Assembly (NCBI RefSeq): GCF_900314595.1
Contig: NZ_OMVW01000002.1
Source of the DNA: an uncultured Dialister sp.
Lineage (GTDB): Bacteria > Bacillota > Negativicutes > Veillonellales > Dialisteraceae
Reading direction: 5' to 3' (one strand)
DNA length: 64,000 nucleotides
The notes under the pieces: model-generated
Told to the model about the DNA's origin: nothing
Databases searched by the model: none
What the model saw: only the letters and a program-made list of their open reading frames with translations
Program-made: the position numbers and the translations under genes
In this document: in pieces, positions 55,849 through 64,000 of the stretch
How positions within the stretch are numbered: the first letter of the stretch is position 1
Layout: the number at the start of each line of letters is the position of its first letter

Positions 55849-56409
55849 ATGCAGGGAAAACAAAAAGGTCTGGTCTTGATTAATACGGGCACCGGAAAAG
55901 GAAAGACGACGGCTGCGCTTGGGACAGCTATGCGTGCCTGGGGAGATGGACAGCGGGTTCTCATTCTTCAATTTATCAAGGGTGCATGGAAGTATGGTGA
56001 ATTAAAAGCTGTGGAGGCACTCAAGAGTATCGATGGTCGTATTGAAATCCGCCCTATGGGAGATGGGTTCGTTTTTCATAATAAAAATGATCAGGACGAT
56101 GAGGAGACATTTAAAAAGAAGGCTTTGCTGGCACAAAAAGCCTGGACTATGGTTAAAGATGAAGTGATGAATGGTAATTGGGACCTGGTTATTTTGGATG
56201 AGGCTAATTATGCAATTCATTTTGGGATGCTATCTGTAGAAGAGGTTGTAAATTTGATTAAAAACAGGCCGGAGCATTTGAATATCATATTGACTGGTCG
56301 GTATGCTCCGCAGGAACTTATTACTCTGGCGGATACAGTGACAGAAATGACCCTTGTAAAACATGCTTACCAGCAGGGGATTCGTGCAAGGAAAGGAATC
56401 GAATACTAA
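55849..56409 (+). CDS. cobO: Cob(I)yrinic acid a,c-diamide adenosyltransferase
   Basis: GLVLINTGTGKGKTTAALG (P-loop) and LVILDE are present. The upstream extension in the ORF track (55660) overlaps cbiA and lacks support. Confidence 0.9.
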   Translation: MQGKQKGLVLINTGTGKGKTTAALGTAMRAWGDGQRVLILQFIKGAWKYGELKAVEALKSIDGRIEIRPMGDGFVFHNKNDQDDEETFKKKALLAQKAWTMVKDEVMNGNWDLVILDEANYAIHFGMLSVEEVVNLIKNRPEHLNIILTGRYAPQELITLADTVTEMTLVKHAYQQGIRARKGIEY

Positions 56410-56634
56410 CAAGCCTTTCCTCAGAGTTTCTATTGCCTTTTGTTTCCTGTTATATTTATTGGTTTTGCCTGTTTACGCTGTTAAGGTATCCCGCGCGGGA
56501 AATCATATTTCTATTGATGCGGTTCTGTTATTGATTTGATTCGTTTTATAACAATTCTTCTTTACAGGATATCAAGGGCATGATAAAATTCTAAAAGTTA
56601 TAGATGGTAATTACTTGTTGAACGAGGGATGTAA

Positions 56635-57867
56635 ATGGCGCTTTATGTAAAGAAGTTTGGTGGAAGCTCAGTTGCTACACCGGAAAAAATGCTGAATATT
56701 GCTAACCGTGTGCTTCGGGACAGAAAGCCTGGAGATAAAATTGTTATCGTTGTATCAGCCATGGGAGATACGACTGATGATCTGCTGGATCTTGCAGCAA
56801 AGGTTTCAGACGTTAATCATGGCAGAGAAATGGATATGCTTCTGGCTACCGGTGAGCAAAAATCCATTGCTTTAATGGCCATGACATTCCGCAAACTGGG
56901 CGTCCCATCAATTTCTTTAACCGGTCCCCAGGCAGGAATTATTGCTGGTGGAGCTTATGGCAAGGCCCGGATTGATGATGTGAAACCGGATCGGGTATTT
57001 AAAGAACTGGAAGAAGGAAAAATTGTTATCGTTGCCGGTTTTCAGGGAATTATGCCTAATGGCGACGTGGCCACGCTCGGCCGCGGCGGTTCCGATGCTA
57101 CAGCCGTAGCATTGGCCGGGGCTATGCATGCTGACATGTGTGAGATTTTTACTGATGTAGATGGTATTTATTCTGCTGATCCCCGTCATGTTAAAGGCTG
57201 TATTAAAATGAAAGAAATAACGAATACTGAGATGCTAGAAATGGCCAGACTGGGAGCTGGTGTCATGCAGCCAAGAAGTGTTGAGCTTGGAATGAAATAC
57301 CACATTCCGATTCATGTAAGATCTACATTCACCGATGAAGAAGGTACCATTATCAGGGAGGTTTGCACAATGGAAGGCAAGAATGATTCAGTAAGAGGTG
57401 TGGCTCAGGATGCGCATGCTGCCCGCATAGCGGTATTGGGACTTAGGAATATTCCTGGCGTTGCTTATACAATTTTCTCCGCCCTTGCGGAAGATAATAT
57501 TACCGTTGACATGATTGTACAGAGTGTTAGAAATTCCAATGATGACAAAACAGATATTATTTTCACCATTGATGATACAGATATGGATGATGCCAAACGG
57601 GTATTGGAACAGATGCGTGATGAAGGCAAACTGGAGGAAGTCATTTATGATGATGATACTGCCAAGGTTTCTGTTGTGGGAGCAGGCATGCTTGGCACTC
57701 CGGGAGTCGCTGCCCGTATGTTTGGCGCTCTTGGCAGAGCAAATATAAATATTGATATTGTCAGCACTTCTGAAATCAGTATCTCCTGCCTTATTTTAAG
57801 AAAAGACCTGGATCGGGCTGTTCAGGCTATTCATGACGAATTCTTCCCACAGGCAAAGTCTGAATAA
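56635..57867 (+). CDS. lysC: Aspartate kinase (two C-terminal ACT domains)
   Basis: MALYVKKFGGSSV, VVSAMGDTTD and GRGGSDATAVALA are present, followed by tandem ACT domains. Confidence 0.93.
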   Translation: MALYVKKFGGSSVATPEKMLNIANRVLRDRKPGDKIVIVVSAMGDTTDDLLDLAAKVSDVNHGREMDMLLATGEQKSIALMAMTFRKLGVPSISLTGPQAGIIAGGAYGKARIDDVKPDRVFKELEEGKIVIVAGFQGIMPNGDVATLGRGGSDATAVALAGAMHADMCEIFTDVDGIYSADPRHVKGCIKMKEITNTEMLEMARLGAGVMQPRSVELGMKYHIPIHVRSTFTDEEGTIIREVCTMEGKNDSVRGVAQDAHAARIAVLGLRNIPGVAYTIFSALAEDNITVDMIVQSVRNSNDDKTDIIFTIDDTDMDDAKRVLEQMRDEGKLEEVIYDDDTAKVSVVGAGMLGTPGVAARMFGALGRANINIDIVSTSEISISCLILRKDLDRAVQAIHDEFFPQAKSE

Positions 57868-57881
57868 TTCACATCAAATAA

Positions 57882-57909
57882 AAAGCACAGGTATATGCCT
57901 GCGCTTTTT
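57882..57909 (+). terminator. Probable intrinsic terminator after lysC
   Basis: Stem AAAGCACAGG / CCTGCGCTTT with one mismatch, followed by a T-run. Confidence 0.5.
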
Positions 57910-57931
57910 CTGTTCATTAAGGGAGGCTTTT

Positions 57932-60859
57932 ATGAAATGGAAAAAAGGAGACCAGGTGCATGGGTTTCGTGTAACTGCCGTGTCTCATATTGAAGAAGTT
58001 AATTCAGATGCATATCAGATGGAACATGTCAAGAGCGGAGCCAGGTTAATGTATCTGGGCAATGATGATGATAATAAGGTTTTTTATATCTGCTTCAGGA
58101 CAACTCCGGATAACTCCAAGGGGACGCCGCATATTATGGAACATTCCACCCTTTGCGGATCTCGCAAATATCCGTTAAAAGAACCTTTTGTCGAATTGGC
58201 TAAAGGATCACTTAATACATTCTTAAATGCTATTACCTGGCCGGATAAAACCATGTATCCGATTGCCAGCAGAAATGCGGTAGATTTTCATAACCTGATG
58301 GATGTTTATCTGGATGCAGTCTTTTACCCCGACTGTATTAAAAATCCGCAGATTTTGATGCAGGAAGGCTGGCATTATGAACTGGAAAATAAAAATGGGC
58401 CTCTATCCTATAATGGCGTGGTTTACAATGAAATGAAAGGAGCTCTTTCTACTCCGGATGCTATTATTGAGGGGAAAGCCATGGAAAAACTTTTCCCGGA
58501 TACAACTTATGGAGTGGAATCAGGCGGAGATCCGGAACTTATTCCAACGCTGTCTTTCCGCGAATTTACTGAATTCCATCGTCGATTCTATCATCCTTCC
58601 AACAGTTACATTTATCTTTATGGGGATATGGATATCGATGAAACTTTAAAATATATTGACCATGACTATCTTTCAGCGTTTGACCGGAGGAATGTGGATT
58701 CCGGAGTTAAAACGCAGGCTCCTTTGTCTGGACGGGTGTCTTTTGTTACACCTTATGGAGTGGCAGAAAATGACAGTCTCCAGAAAAAAGCGATTCATGC
58801 TCTCTTTGTCGCTTTTAATGATCATATGTCGACCATGGAATCGCTGGCTTTCCGCATCCTTAATTATGTACTAATTGATGTAGATGGTGCTCCTCTCAAA
58901 CAGGCCATGCTTAATGCGGGTATAGGCAGTGATCTTTCCGGAGATTATTGTGACAGTTACAAACAGCCCGTATGGACGTTGGAACTTACCGGTTCAGAGG
59001 TGGAAGACCAGTACAGGTTTGCCCAGATTCTTGATAATACTTTACGCAACATTGCCTTGAAAGGTATTGATAAAAATATGCTGGAAGCAGCGCTGAACCG
59101 TACTGAATTTACAGCACGCGAAAATGATTATCAAGGCCGGCCAAAAGGACTTTTTTATGGTGTACGCGCCATGGACATGTGGCTTTATGATCGGAATCCG
59201 TTTGATGCGCTCCGTTATATTGATGATATCGATACTTTACGAAAAAATATCAGAACTAACTATTTCGAAAATCTTTTAATCAAGTACATTATCAAGAATC
59301 CTCATCAGGTCCTTGTCACAATGAAGCCGGAGAAGGGACTGACGGAAAAAGTCAATCGTGAAACCGCCGAAAAACTTGCTTCCTTCAAAAGCAGTCTAAG
59401 TGATGAACAACTGGATAAAATTATTGAATCGACCAGGCTTCTTAAGGAAAGACAGGCTTCCGGTGAAACAGAAGAAGCATTGAAGACAATTCCACTTCTA
59501 TCCCGAAATGATCTCAATCGAAATGTGGAAAAGGAACAATTGGATAAAGATGTCATTTCCGGAATCAATCATTATCATTACAATGTACATACGACCGGAA
59601 TCACTTATATTAATCTTTATTTTAAACTCGTCAATTTAAAAGAAGAAGACATTCCTTATGCAATCCTGCTTTCAACTCTTCTTAGAAGTCTCAGCACTAC
59701 AAAACACAGCTTTGGAGAACTGGCAAGGTTGTCCAATGCTTATACAGGTGGCATGAGTTTTTCAGTCGGCTCTTATGGGAATATAGATAATGAATCTGAC
59801 TACATGCCGATTCTTACCGTTCGCGGTAAGGCTCTAACTCCCAAAGTGGATAGAATGATGGATCTTTTAGGGGAAATTATAAATCATACCCTGTTTACGG
59901 ACACTAAGAGACTGAAAGAATTACTCCTCCAGGAGAAGTCAGAATGGGATATGACTGCTTTTTCAAGGGGTCATGATCTTGTTATGACCCGTTTGGCATC
60001 TTATTTCTCCAAACAAGGTGAATTTTCTGAGCAGGCAGGCCTCAGTTATTATTATTTCCTCACAAATCTTGTACATAACTTTGATGATGACTATGAAATA
60101 CTGCAAGAGCGTCTGACAGATGTTTCTCGAAAAATTTTTACTAGAAAAAATCTTTTCTTTGAAACAATTGGTGAAGCGGAAGAGAAAAAAGCGGTCACCG
60201 ATACCCTGTCTTTTATTACAGACGACCTACCGGAGGGGAAGCTTCCTGAATACCGGCGGTTAAGCTTTTTGCCAAAATTCATCAATGAAGCTTTCATGAC
60301 TTCTGGAAAAGTTCAGTACGTTGCTAAAGGTGGAAATTTCAAAGTCCACGGCTTTACCTATAGCGGAGCACTGGCGGTTATGGAAACGATTCTGCGATAT
60401 GAATATCTATGGAAAAAAGTTCGAGTCCTTGGTGGTGCCTATGGTGCATTTACCAGATTTCTCCGGAATGGAAATTCCGAGCTTTGTTCCTATCGGGACC
60501 CCAACCTGGCAGAGACCATTTGCGTTTATAAAGAATTGCCGGAATATCTCGAGAATCTCGTACTTTCGGAACGAGAAATGACGAAGTATGTTATTGGCAC
60601 TATGGCTGCTTCAGAAATTCAATTGACCCCGTTTATGAAAGGTGAAAGAGCGATGACTCATTATCTTACCGGTAACACGCGGGAATCCCGTTTAAAGATT
60701 CGTAATGAAATTATTGATTGTACTGTTCAGGATATCCGAAATCTGGCTCCTTTGGTAAGAAGTGTTATGGAAGATTCTTATCTTTGCGTGATGGGGAGCG
60801 AAGAAAAAATCCGGAAAGATAAAGAACTCTTCAATATCGTCCAGTCGATGCCGGACTGA
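57932..60859 (+). CDS. M16-family (M16C/PreP-like) zinc metallopeptidase
   Basis: The inverted zinc motif HIMEH (HxxEH) and a downstream NEMKG glutamate context are present. The ~975-aa four-domain size is typical of PreP-like peptidases. ATG 57932 follows a GGGAGG RBS. Confidence 0.88.
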   Translation: MKWKKGDQVHGFRVTAVSHIEEVNSDAYQMEHVKSGARLMYLGNDDDNKVFYICFRTTPDNSKGTPHIMEHSTLCGSRKYPLKEPFVELAKGSLNTFLNAITWPDKTMYPIASRNAVDFHNLMDVYLDAVFYPDCIKNPQILMQEGWHYELENKNGPLSYNGVVYNEMKGALSTPDAIIEGKAMEKLFPDTTYGVESGGDPELIPTLSFREFTEFHRRFYHPSNSYIYLYGDMDIDETLKYIDHDYLSAFDRRNVDSGVKTQAPLSGRVSFVTPYGVAENDSLQKKAIHALFVAFNDHMSTMESLAFRILNYVLIDVDGAPLKQAMLNAGIGSDLSGDYCDSYKQPVWTLELTGSEVEDQYRFAQILDNTLRNIALKGIDKNMLEAALNRTEFTARENDYQGRPKGLFYGVRAMDMWLYDRNPFDALRYIDDIDTLRKNIRTNYFENLLIKYIIKNPHQVLVTMKPEKGLTEKVNRETAEKLASFKSSLSDEQLDKIIESTRLLKERQASGETEEALKTIPLLSRNDLNRNVEKEQLDKDVISGINHYHYNVHTTGITYINLYFKLVNLKEEDIPYAILLSTLLRSLSTTKHSFGELARLSNAYTGGMSFSVGSYGNIDNESDYMPILTVRGKALTPKVDRMMDLLGEIINHTLFTDTKRLKELLLQEKSEWDMTAFSRGHDLVMTRLASYFSKQGEFSEQAGLSYYYFLTNLVHNFDDDYEILQERLTDVSRKIFTRKNLFFETIGEAEEKKAVTDTLSFITDDLPEGKLPEYRRLSFLPKFINEAFMTSGKVQYVAKGGNFKVHGFTYSGALAVMETILRYEYLWKKVRVLGGAYGAFTRFLRNGNSELCSYRDPNLAETICVYKELPEYLENLVLSEREMTKYVIGTMAASEIQLTPFMKGERAMTHYLTGNTRESRLKIRNEIIDCTVQDIRNLAPLVRSVMEDSYLCVMGSEEKIRKDKELFNIVQSMPD

Positions 60860-61812
60860 TGGAAATACGAACTCGATTTGCACCTAGTCCGACCGGTTAT
60901 ATGCATTTAGGAAACTTGTGGATAGCCTTTTTAAACTGGCTGTGGACGAGGCAGCATAAAGGCAAAGTTATTCTGAGAATAGAAGATATTGATAAGCAGC
61001 GCTGTAGTGATATCTTCACCCGGGGGATCCTGCATGATCTGGAATGGATGGGACTTGATTATGACGAAGGACCTGAAAATCAATATAGCTATGGAAGTAC
61101 TGTGCAGAGCCACAGGCTTCAGGTGTATGAATCTATACTCCGGTTTCTGGCGTCATCTGGAGACATTTATCCCTGCTATTGCACTCGCGCCCGAATACAT
61201 CAGATATCTTCAGCTCCTCATGAGGGGGAAGAAAGACCTGTTTACGATGGGCATTGCCGTAGTTTGACCGCTGAAGAACGAGCGAAAATTAATAAGAAAC
61301 CATCCTGGCGGATGAAGACGGAAAAAATGGATGTTTCCTTTTCGGACTTGTTTTTCGGTAGACAGGTCAGGATGATTCGTCCAGGCATGGATGATTTTGT
61401 CGTTAAAAGGGCAGATGACATGATAGCTTATCAGCTTGCGGCTTCCATTGATGACAAGGCTATGGGGATTACCCATGTTCTGCGTGGAAATGATTTGATC
61501 GAATCAACATTCTTTCAGGTGTACCTTTTAAAAAAATTGGACAGCCGGATTCCCGTATATGGACATTTGCCTCTTCTCATTGATTCAAACGGTGTAAGAC
61601 TATCAAAGCGGCAGCATGGAATCACAATTCGAGAACTTCGTAAGGACGGATTAACGTCAGAAGATCTTATAGGCTATATGCTTTACTGGGCGGGCGGAAT
61701 ATCGTCATTGCAGCCGGTGACTTTGAACGAAGCACTTTCAATTCCTTTTGATCATTTTAAATATCTAAAAAACAAACATATTATGATTTCCAAACCTGTG
61801 AAATTAATGTAG
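60859..61812 (+). CDS. gluQ: Glutamyl-Q tRNA(Asp) synthetase (truncated GluRS paralogue)
   Basis: RFAPSPTGYMHLGNL (HIGH), VRLSKR (KMSKS-like) and the zinc cluster CYCTRARI...YDGHC match E. coli YadB. No anticodon-binding domain is present (317 aa). The TGATG arrangement overlaps the upstream stop. Confidence 0.85.
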   Translation: MEIRTRFAPSPTGYMHLGNLWIAFLNWLWTRQHKGKVILRIEDIDKQRCSDIFTRGILHDLEWMGLDYDEGPENQYSYGSTVQSHRLQVYESILRFLASSGDIYPCYCTRARIHQISSAPHEGEERPVYDGHCRSLTAEERAKINKKPSWRMKTEKMDVSFSDLFFGRQVRMIRPGMDDFVVKRADDMIAYQLAASIDDKAMGITHVLRGNDLIESTFFQVYLLKKLDSRIPVYGHLPLLIDSNGVRLSKRQHGITIRELRKDGLTSEDLIGYMLYWAGGISSLQPVTLNEALSIPFDHFKYLKNKHIMISKPVKLM

Positions 61813-61841
61813 AATACACCAGTTATTTTTATATTTCCTTA

Positions 61842-61875
61842 TCCTCCACTTGAGAAAGTGGAGGATTTTATTTTG
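61842..61875 (+). terminator. Intrinsic terminator after gluQ
   Basis: A perfect 10-bp stem TCCTCCACTT / AAGTGGAGGA with loop GAGA is followed by TTTTATTTT. Confidence 0.75.
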
Positions 61876-62002
61876 CCATAATTGGGCTAAATCCACAATT
61901 TTTTATTGACTTTATTTACCGTGAATGGGCGAAAATATAGTATTTATCGATTCACCAACATATAATTCCATTTTCTGCCAACCACCAAACAAAATTTTTT
62001 CG

Positions 62003-62032
62003 TTGTTATAAAGTGGGGAAATGTGGTAGAAT
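62003..62032 (+). promoter_or_regulatory. Candidate dcw/mraZ promoter (TTGTTA-18 nt-TGgTAGAAT, extended -10)
   Basis: TTGTTA at 62003-62008, TG at 62024-62025, and TAGAAT at 62027-62032. Confidence 0.5.
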
Positions 62033-62056
62033 GTGGGTAAATGTGGAGGAGGTGGA
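62011..62056 (+). promoter_or_regulatory. Array of 10-bp-phased GTGG direct repeats (MraZ-operator-like)
   Basis: AAGTGGGGAA ATGTGGTAGA ATGTGGGTAA ATGTGGAGGA GGTGGAAGG. Four repeats sit at exactly 10-nt spacing, with a fifth at 9 nt. The array overlaps the -10 box and the 5' UTR of mraZ. Confidence 0.55.
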
Positions 62057-62062
62057 AGGATT

Positions 62063-62500
62063 ATGTTTATGAATCAGTATTCCCATACAATCGATACCAA
62101 AGGACGCATGATCCTTCCGGCTAAATTCAGGGAAGAACTGGGAAGTACTTTTGTGCTGGCTCCGGGACTGGATACCTGCCTAAACATTTATCCCAAGGAG
62201 AGATGGGATGCATTGATTACCCGTCTTCAAAAACTGCCATTTACCAACCATAAAGTAAGAAAAATTATGAGACATTTGATTGGTAGAGGCATGGAAATGG
62301 AATGCGACAAGCAGGGGAGGATACTTATTCCTCAACATTTACGTACTTTTGCACAGTTAAAAAAGGATGCCTGCATTGTAGGAACAGGTCCTATTATAGA
62401 AATTTGGGATCCTGTTCTGCTCAATTCGGATGAAAACTGTGGAGAATCTATTGCTGATATAGCAGATTCTCTGGAACTCCCATTGAACTTTGAATTGTAA
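62063..62500 (+). CDS. mraZ: Transcriptional regulator MraZ
   Basis: MFMNQYSHTIDTKGRMILP and a second DKQGRILIP repeat form the two SpoVT/AbrB-like halves typical of MraZ. The 62033 start in the ORF track lies inside the repeat array. Confidence 0.93.
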   Translation: MFMNQYSHTIDTKGRMILPAKFREELGSTFVLAPGLDTCLNIYPKERWDALITRLQKLPFTNHKVRKIMRHLIGRGMEMECDKQGRILIPQHLRTFAQLKKDACIVGTGPIIEIWDPVLLNSDENCGESIADIADSLELPLNFEL

Positions 62501-62517
62501 TTACGGGGGCGTGCTTC

Positions 62518-63450
62518 ATGGAATTTCAGCATACTACGGTTTTGCTGCATGAGATGATTGATTCGGTGATTACTAATCCTCATGGTATATATGTAGATTG
62601 CACACTCGGTGGTGGCGGTCATTCGCTGGCACTCTCGCAAAAACTGGCCGATGATGCTTTAATTGTTGGAGTCGACCAGGATGCCGAAGCCATTGCTGCT
62701 GCATCTGAGCGATTGAAGGATGCAGGATGCAGGACCTTATTCATAAGAGATAATTTTTGCCATATAAATCGGATACTTGATTCTCAGAACTTAGAGCAGG
62801 TAGATGGATTCATCTTTGATTTAGGAGTATCTTCTCACCAGCTTGATGATGGGGAACGGGGATTTTCTTATATGCATAATGGCAGGCTGGATATGAGAAT
62901 GGATCAGCGTAACCCACTCACTGCATATGAAGTTGTGAATACTTATTCTGAAGATGAACTCACTAGAATTATCAATGAATATGGGGAAGAGCGGTGGGCT
63001 AGAAGGATTGCACAATTCATTGTTCGTTTTCGAGAAGAACACCCGATAGAAAATACTGATTCCTTTGTCTCTGTAATTAAAGCTGCGATACCGGCTAAAG
63101 CAAGAAGAACAGGGCCTCATCCGGCAAAACGTACTTTTCAGGCTATACGGATTGAAGTTAATAATGAACTTGGGATTTTAAAACAAACGATGGAAGATTG
63201 TGCCAGCCGACTGACAACGGGGGGACGCCTGGGAGTTATTACATTCCAGTCATTGGAAGACCGGATTATAAAAAAGACTTTCAGGGAAATGGAGAGAGAT
63301 TGTATATGTCCGCCTGACATTCCTGTATGCGTTTGCCATCATCACAGAATTGTGAAAAGCGTAGGTAAACCTGTTAAACCTTCAGATCAGGAAATCGAGG
63401 ATAATCCTAGAGCAAGAAGTGCAGTTTTAAGGGTAGTTGAAAAATGTTAA
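62518..63450 (+). CDS. rsmH: 16S rRNA (cytosine1402-N4)-methyltransferase
   Basis: HTTVLLHE, DCTLGGGGHS, FDLGVSSHQLD and SLEDRIIK are canonical RsmH/MraW blocks. Confidence 0.95.
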   Translation: MEFQHTTVLLHEMIDSVITNPHGIYVDCTLGGGGHSLALSQKLADDALIVGVDQDAEAIAAASERLKDAGCRTLFIRDNFCHINRILDSQNLEQVDGFIFDLGVSSHQLDDGERGFSYMHNGRLDMRMDQRNPLTAYEVVNTYSEDELTRIINEYGEERWARRIAQFIVRFREEHPIENTDSFVSVIKAAIPAKARRTGPHPAKRTFQAIRIEVNNELGILKQTMEDCASRLTTGGRLGVITFQSLEDRIIKKTFREMERDCICPPDIPVCVCHHHRIVKSVGKPVKPSDQEIEDNPRARSAVLRVVEKC

Positions 63451-63491
63451 GACCAATTTGTGGACAAATCATCAGGTAGGAGAGAGACTAA

Positions 63492-63875
63492 ATGATTACT
63501 CAGACATTACAAAATGTTAATTATATAAATTCTATGCCGGCAGATATAGTTATTTCCCAAAGGGAAGAAAATGAATCTTCTCGAGGAATATTTCACAATG
63601 TCATTCTGGGAATTCTGATGATTCTGATGCCTTTTATGATTAGTACATTTTTAAATAGCGTCAATGTACAGTCTGAATATAATATGCAAAGAATTCGTTC
63701 AGAGGTTATGGCTCTTGAAAGGAAGAACGTAGTAACGAAACTGGAAGTCACTAAACTGGGGGCCCCTGTTCGAATTCAAAAAATAGCTGAAACAAAACTT
63801 GGCATGAACCTGCCTGTTCGAAATATTTATGGAAGTACTGACAGCAGCAGAACTGCTGGACAAAACCATCGCTGA
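63492..63875 (+). CDS. ftsL: Cell division protein FtsL-like
   Basis: The protein has a single TM helix, a coiled-coil segment and the block RIQKIAETKLGMNLP. It occupies the position after rsmH in the dcw cluster. Confidence 0.65.
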   Translation: MITQTLQNVNYINSMPADIVISQREENESSRGIFHNVILGILMILMPFMISTFLNSVNVQSEYNMQRIRSEVMALERKNVVTKLEVTKLGAPVRIQKIAETKLGMNLPVRNIYGSTDSSRTAGQNHR

Positions 63876-64000
63876 ATGTCGGGTAATTGGGATTACTATT
63901 TGAATTTTCGCTTTATGGGTGAGGTAAATTTTTATGAATGATTCCATTTTTATTCCTTGCATGATATTTAACTAATTTAAAGCGGCCTTTTTGGAGGCCG

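Noticed and set aside
56410-56634. Possible lysine (L-box) riboswitch upstream of aspartate kinase.
   Set aside because: I could not find the conserved L-box helices or motifs. Only a short palindrome (TCCCGCGCGGGA, 56491-56502) is present. A covariance-model search would be needed to exclude it formally.
63983-64000. Hairpin CGGCCT-TTTTGG-AGGCCG at the very end of the window, after ftsL.
   Set aside because: The feature is truncated by the window edge, so I cannot see whether a U-tract or the next dcw gene follows.
1-64000. Search for mobile elements, CRISPR arrays, toxin-antitoxin pairs, restriction-modification or other defence systems, and long direct or inverted repeats.
   Set aside because: No transposase, integrase or recombinase motifs were found. 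There are no repeat-spacer arrays and no flanking direct repeats, apart from the tRNA, which has no adjacent integrase. The window reads as conserved core genome.

Overview
This 64-kb window is a chromosomal core segment with 58 supported CDS, 55 of them on the plus strand. It also carries one tRNA (anticodon CAU) and a type-A RNase P RNA. I found no rRNA, CRISPR array, transposase, integrase, prophage or recognisable defence system.

The gene content mixes two signatures. One is Firmicute-style housekeeping: rny, ktrAB, the dnaG-sigA-trmK-yqfO order, tmcAL, a SpoIVB-type S55 peptidase and mraZ-rsmH-ftsL. The other is a nearly gapless ~23-kb outer-membrane biogenesis block at 11.1-34.1 kb. That block runs murA, mreB-like, S55 peptidase, mlaEFD, tolC, tamB, sigma factor, bamA, three skp/ompH paralogues, lpxD and an lpxL-like gene. 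This combination is what is expected of a diderm Firmicute (Negativicutes-like). The taxon is inference only.

The remaining genes are metabolic or informational: htrA, rlmH, glnS, two flavodoxins, an aminotransferase, uppP, cbiL-cbiA-cobO, lysC, an M16 peptidase, gluQ and radC.

The most interesting content is the set of uncharacterised genes embedded in the outer-membrane block:
- a sigma factor plus a single-pass membrane protein wedged between tamB and bamA
- a 429-aa secreted protein directly after bamA, with a strict ~90-residue tandem periodicity and a beta-strand-rich C-terminus
- a periplasmic lipoyl-like mini-protein plus an S55 peptidase heading the mla genes
- lipobox-bearing Skp paralogues
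- MlaD with a long C-terminal extension

Secondary observations are a promoter-to-terminator structured RNA candidate upstream of rny, a 10-bp-phased GTGG repeat array (MraZ-operator-like) at the mraZ promoter, and a stand-alone DnaA-domain-I-like ORF. All functional calls come from reading motifs in the translated ORFs. No database search was run.
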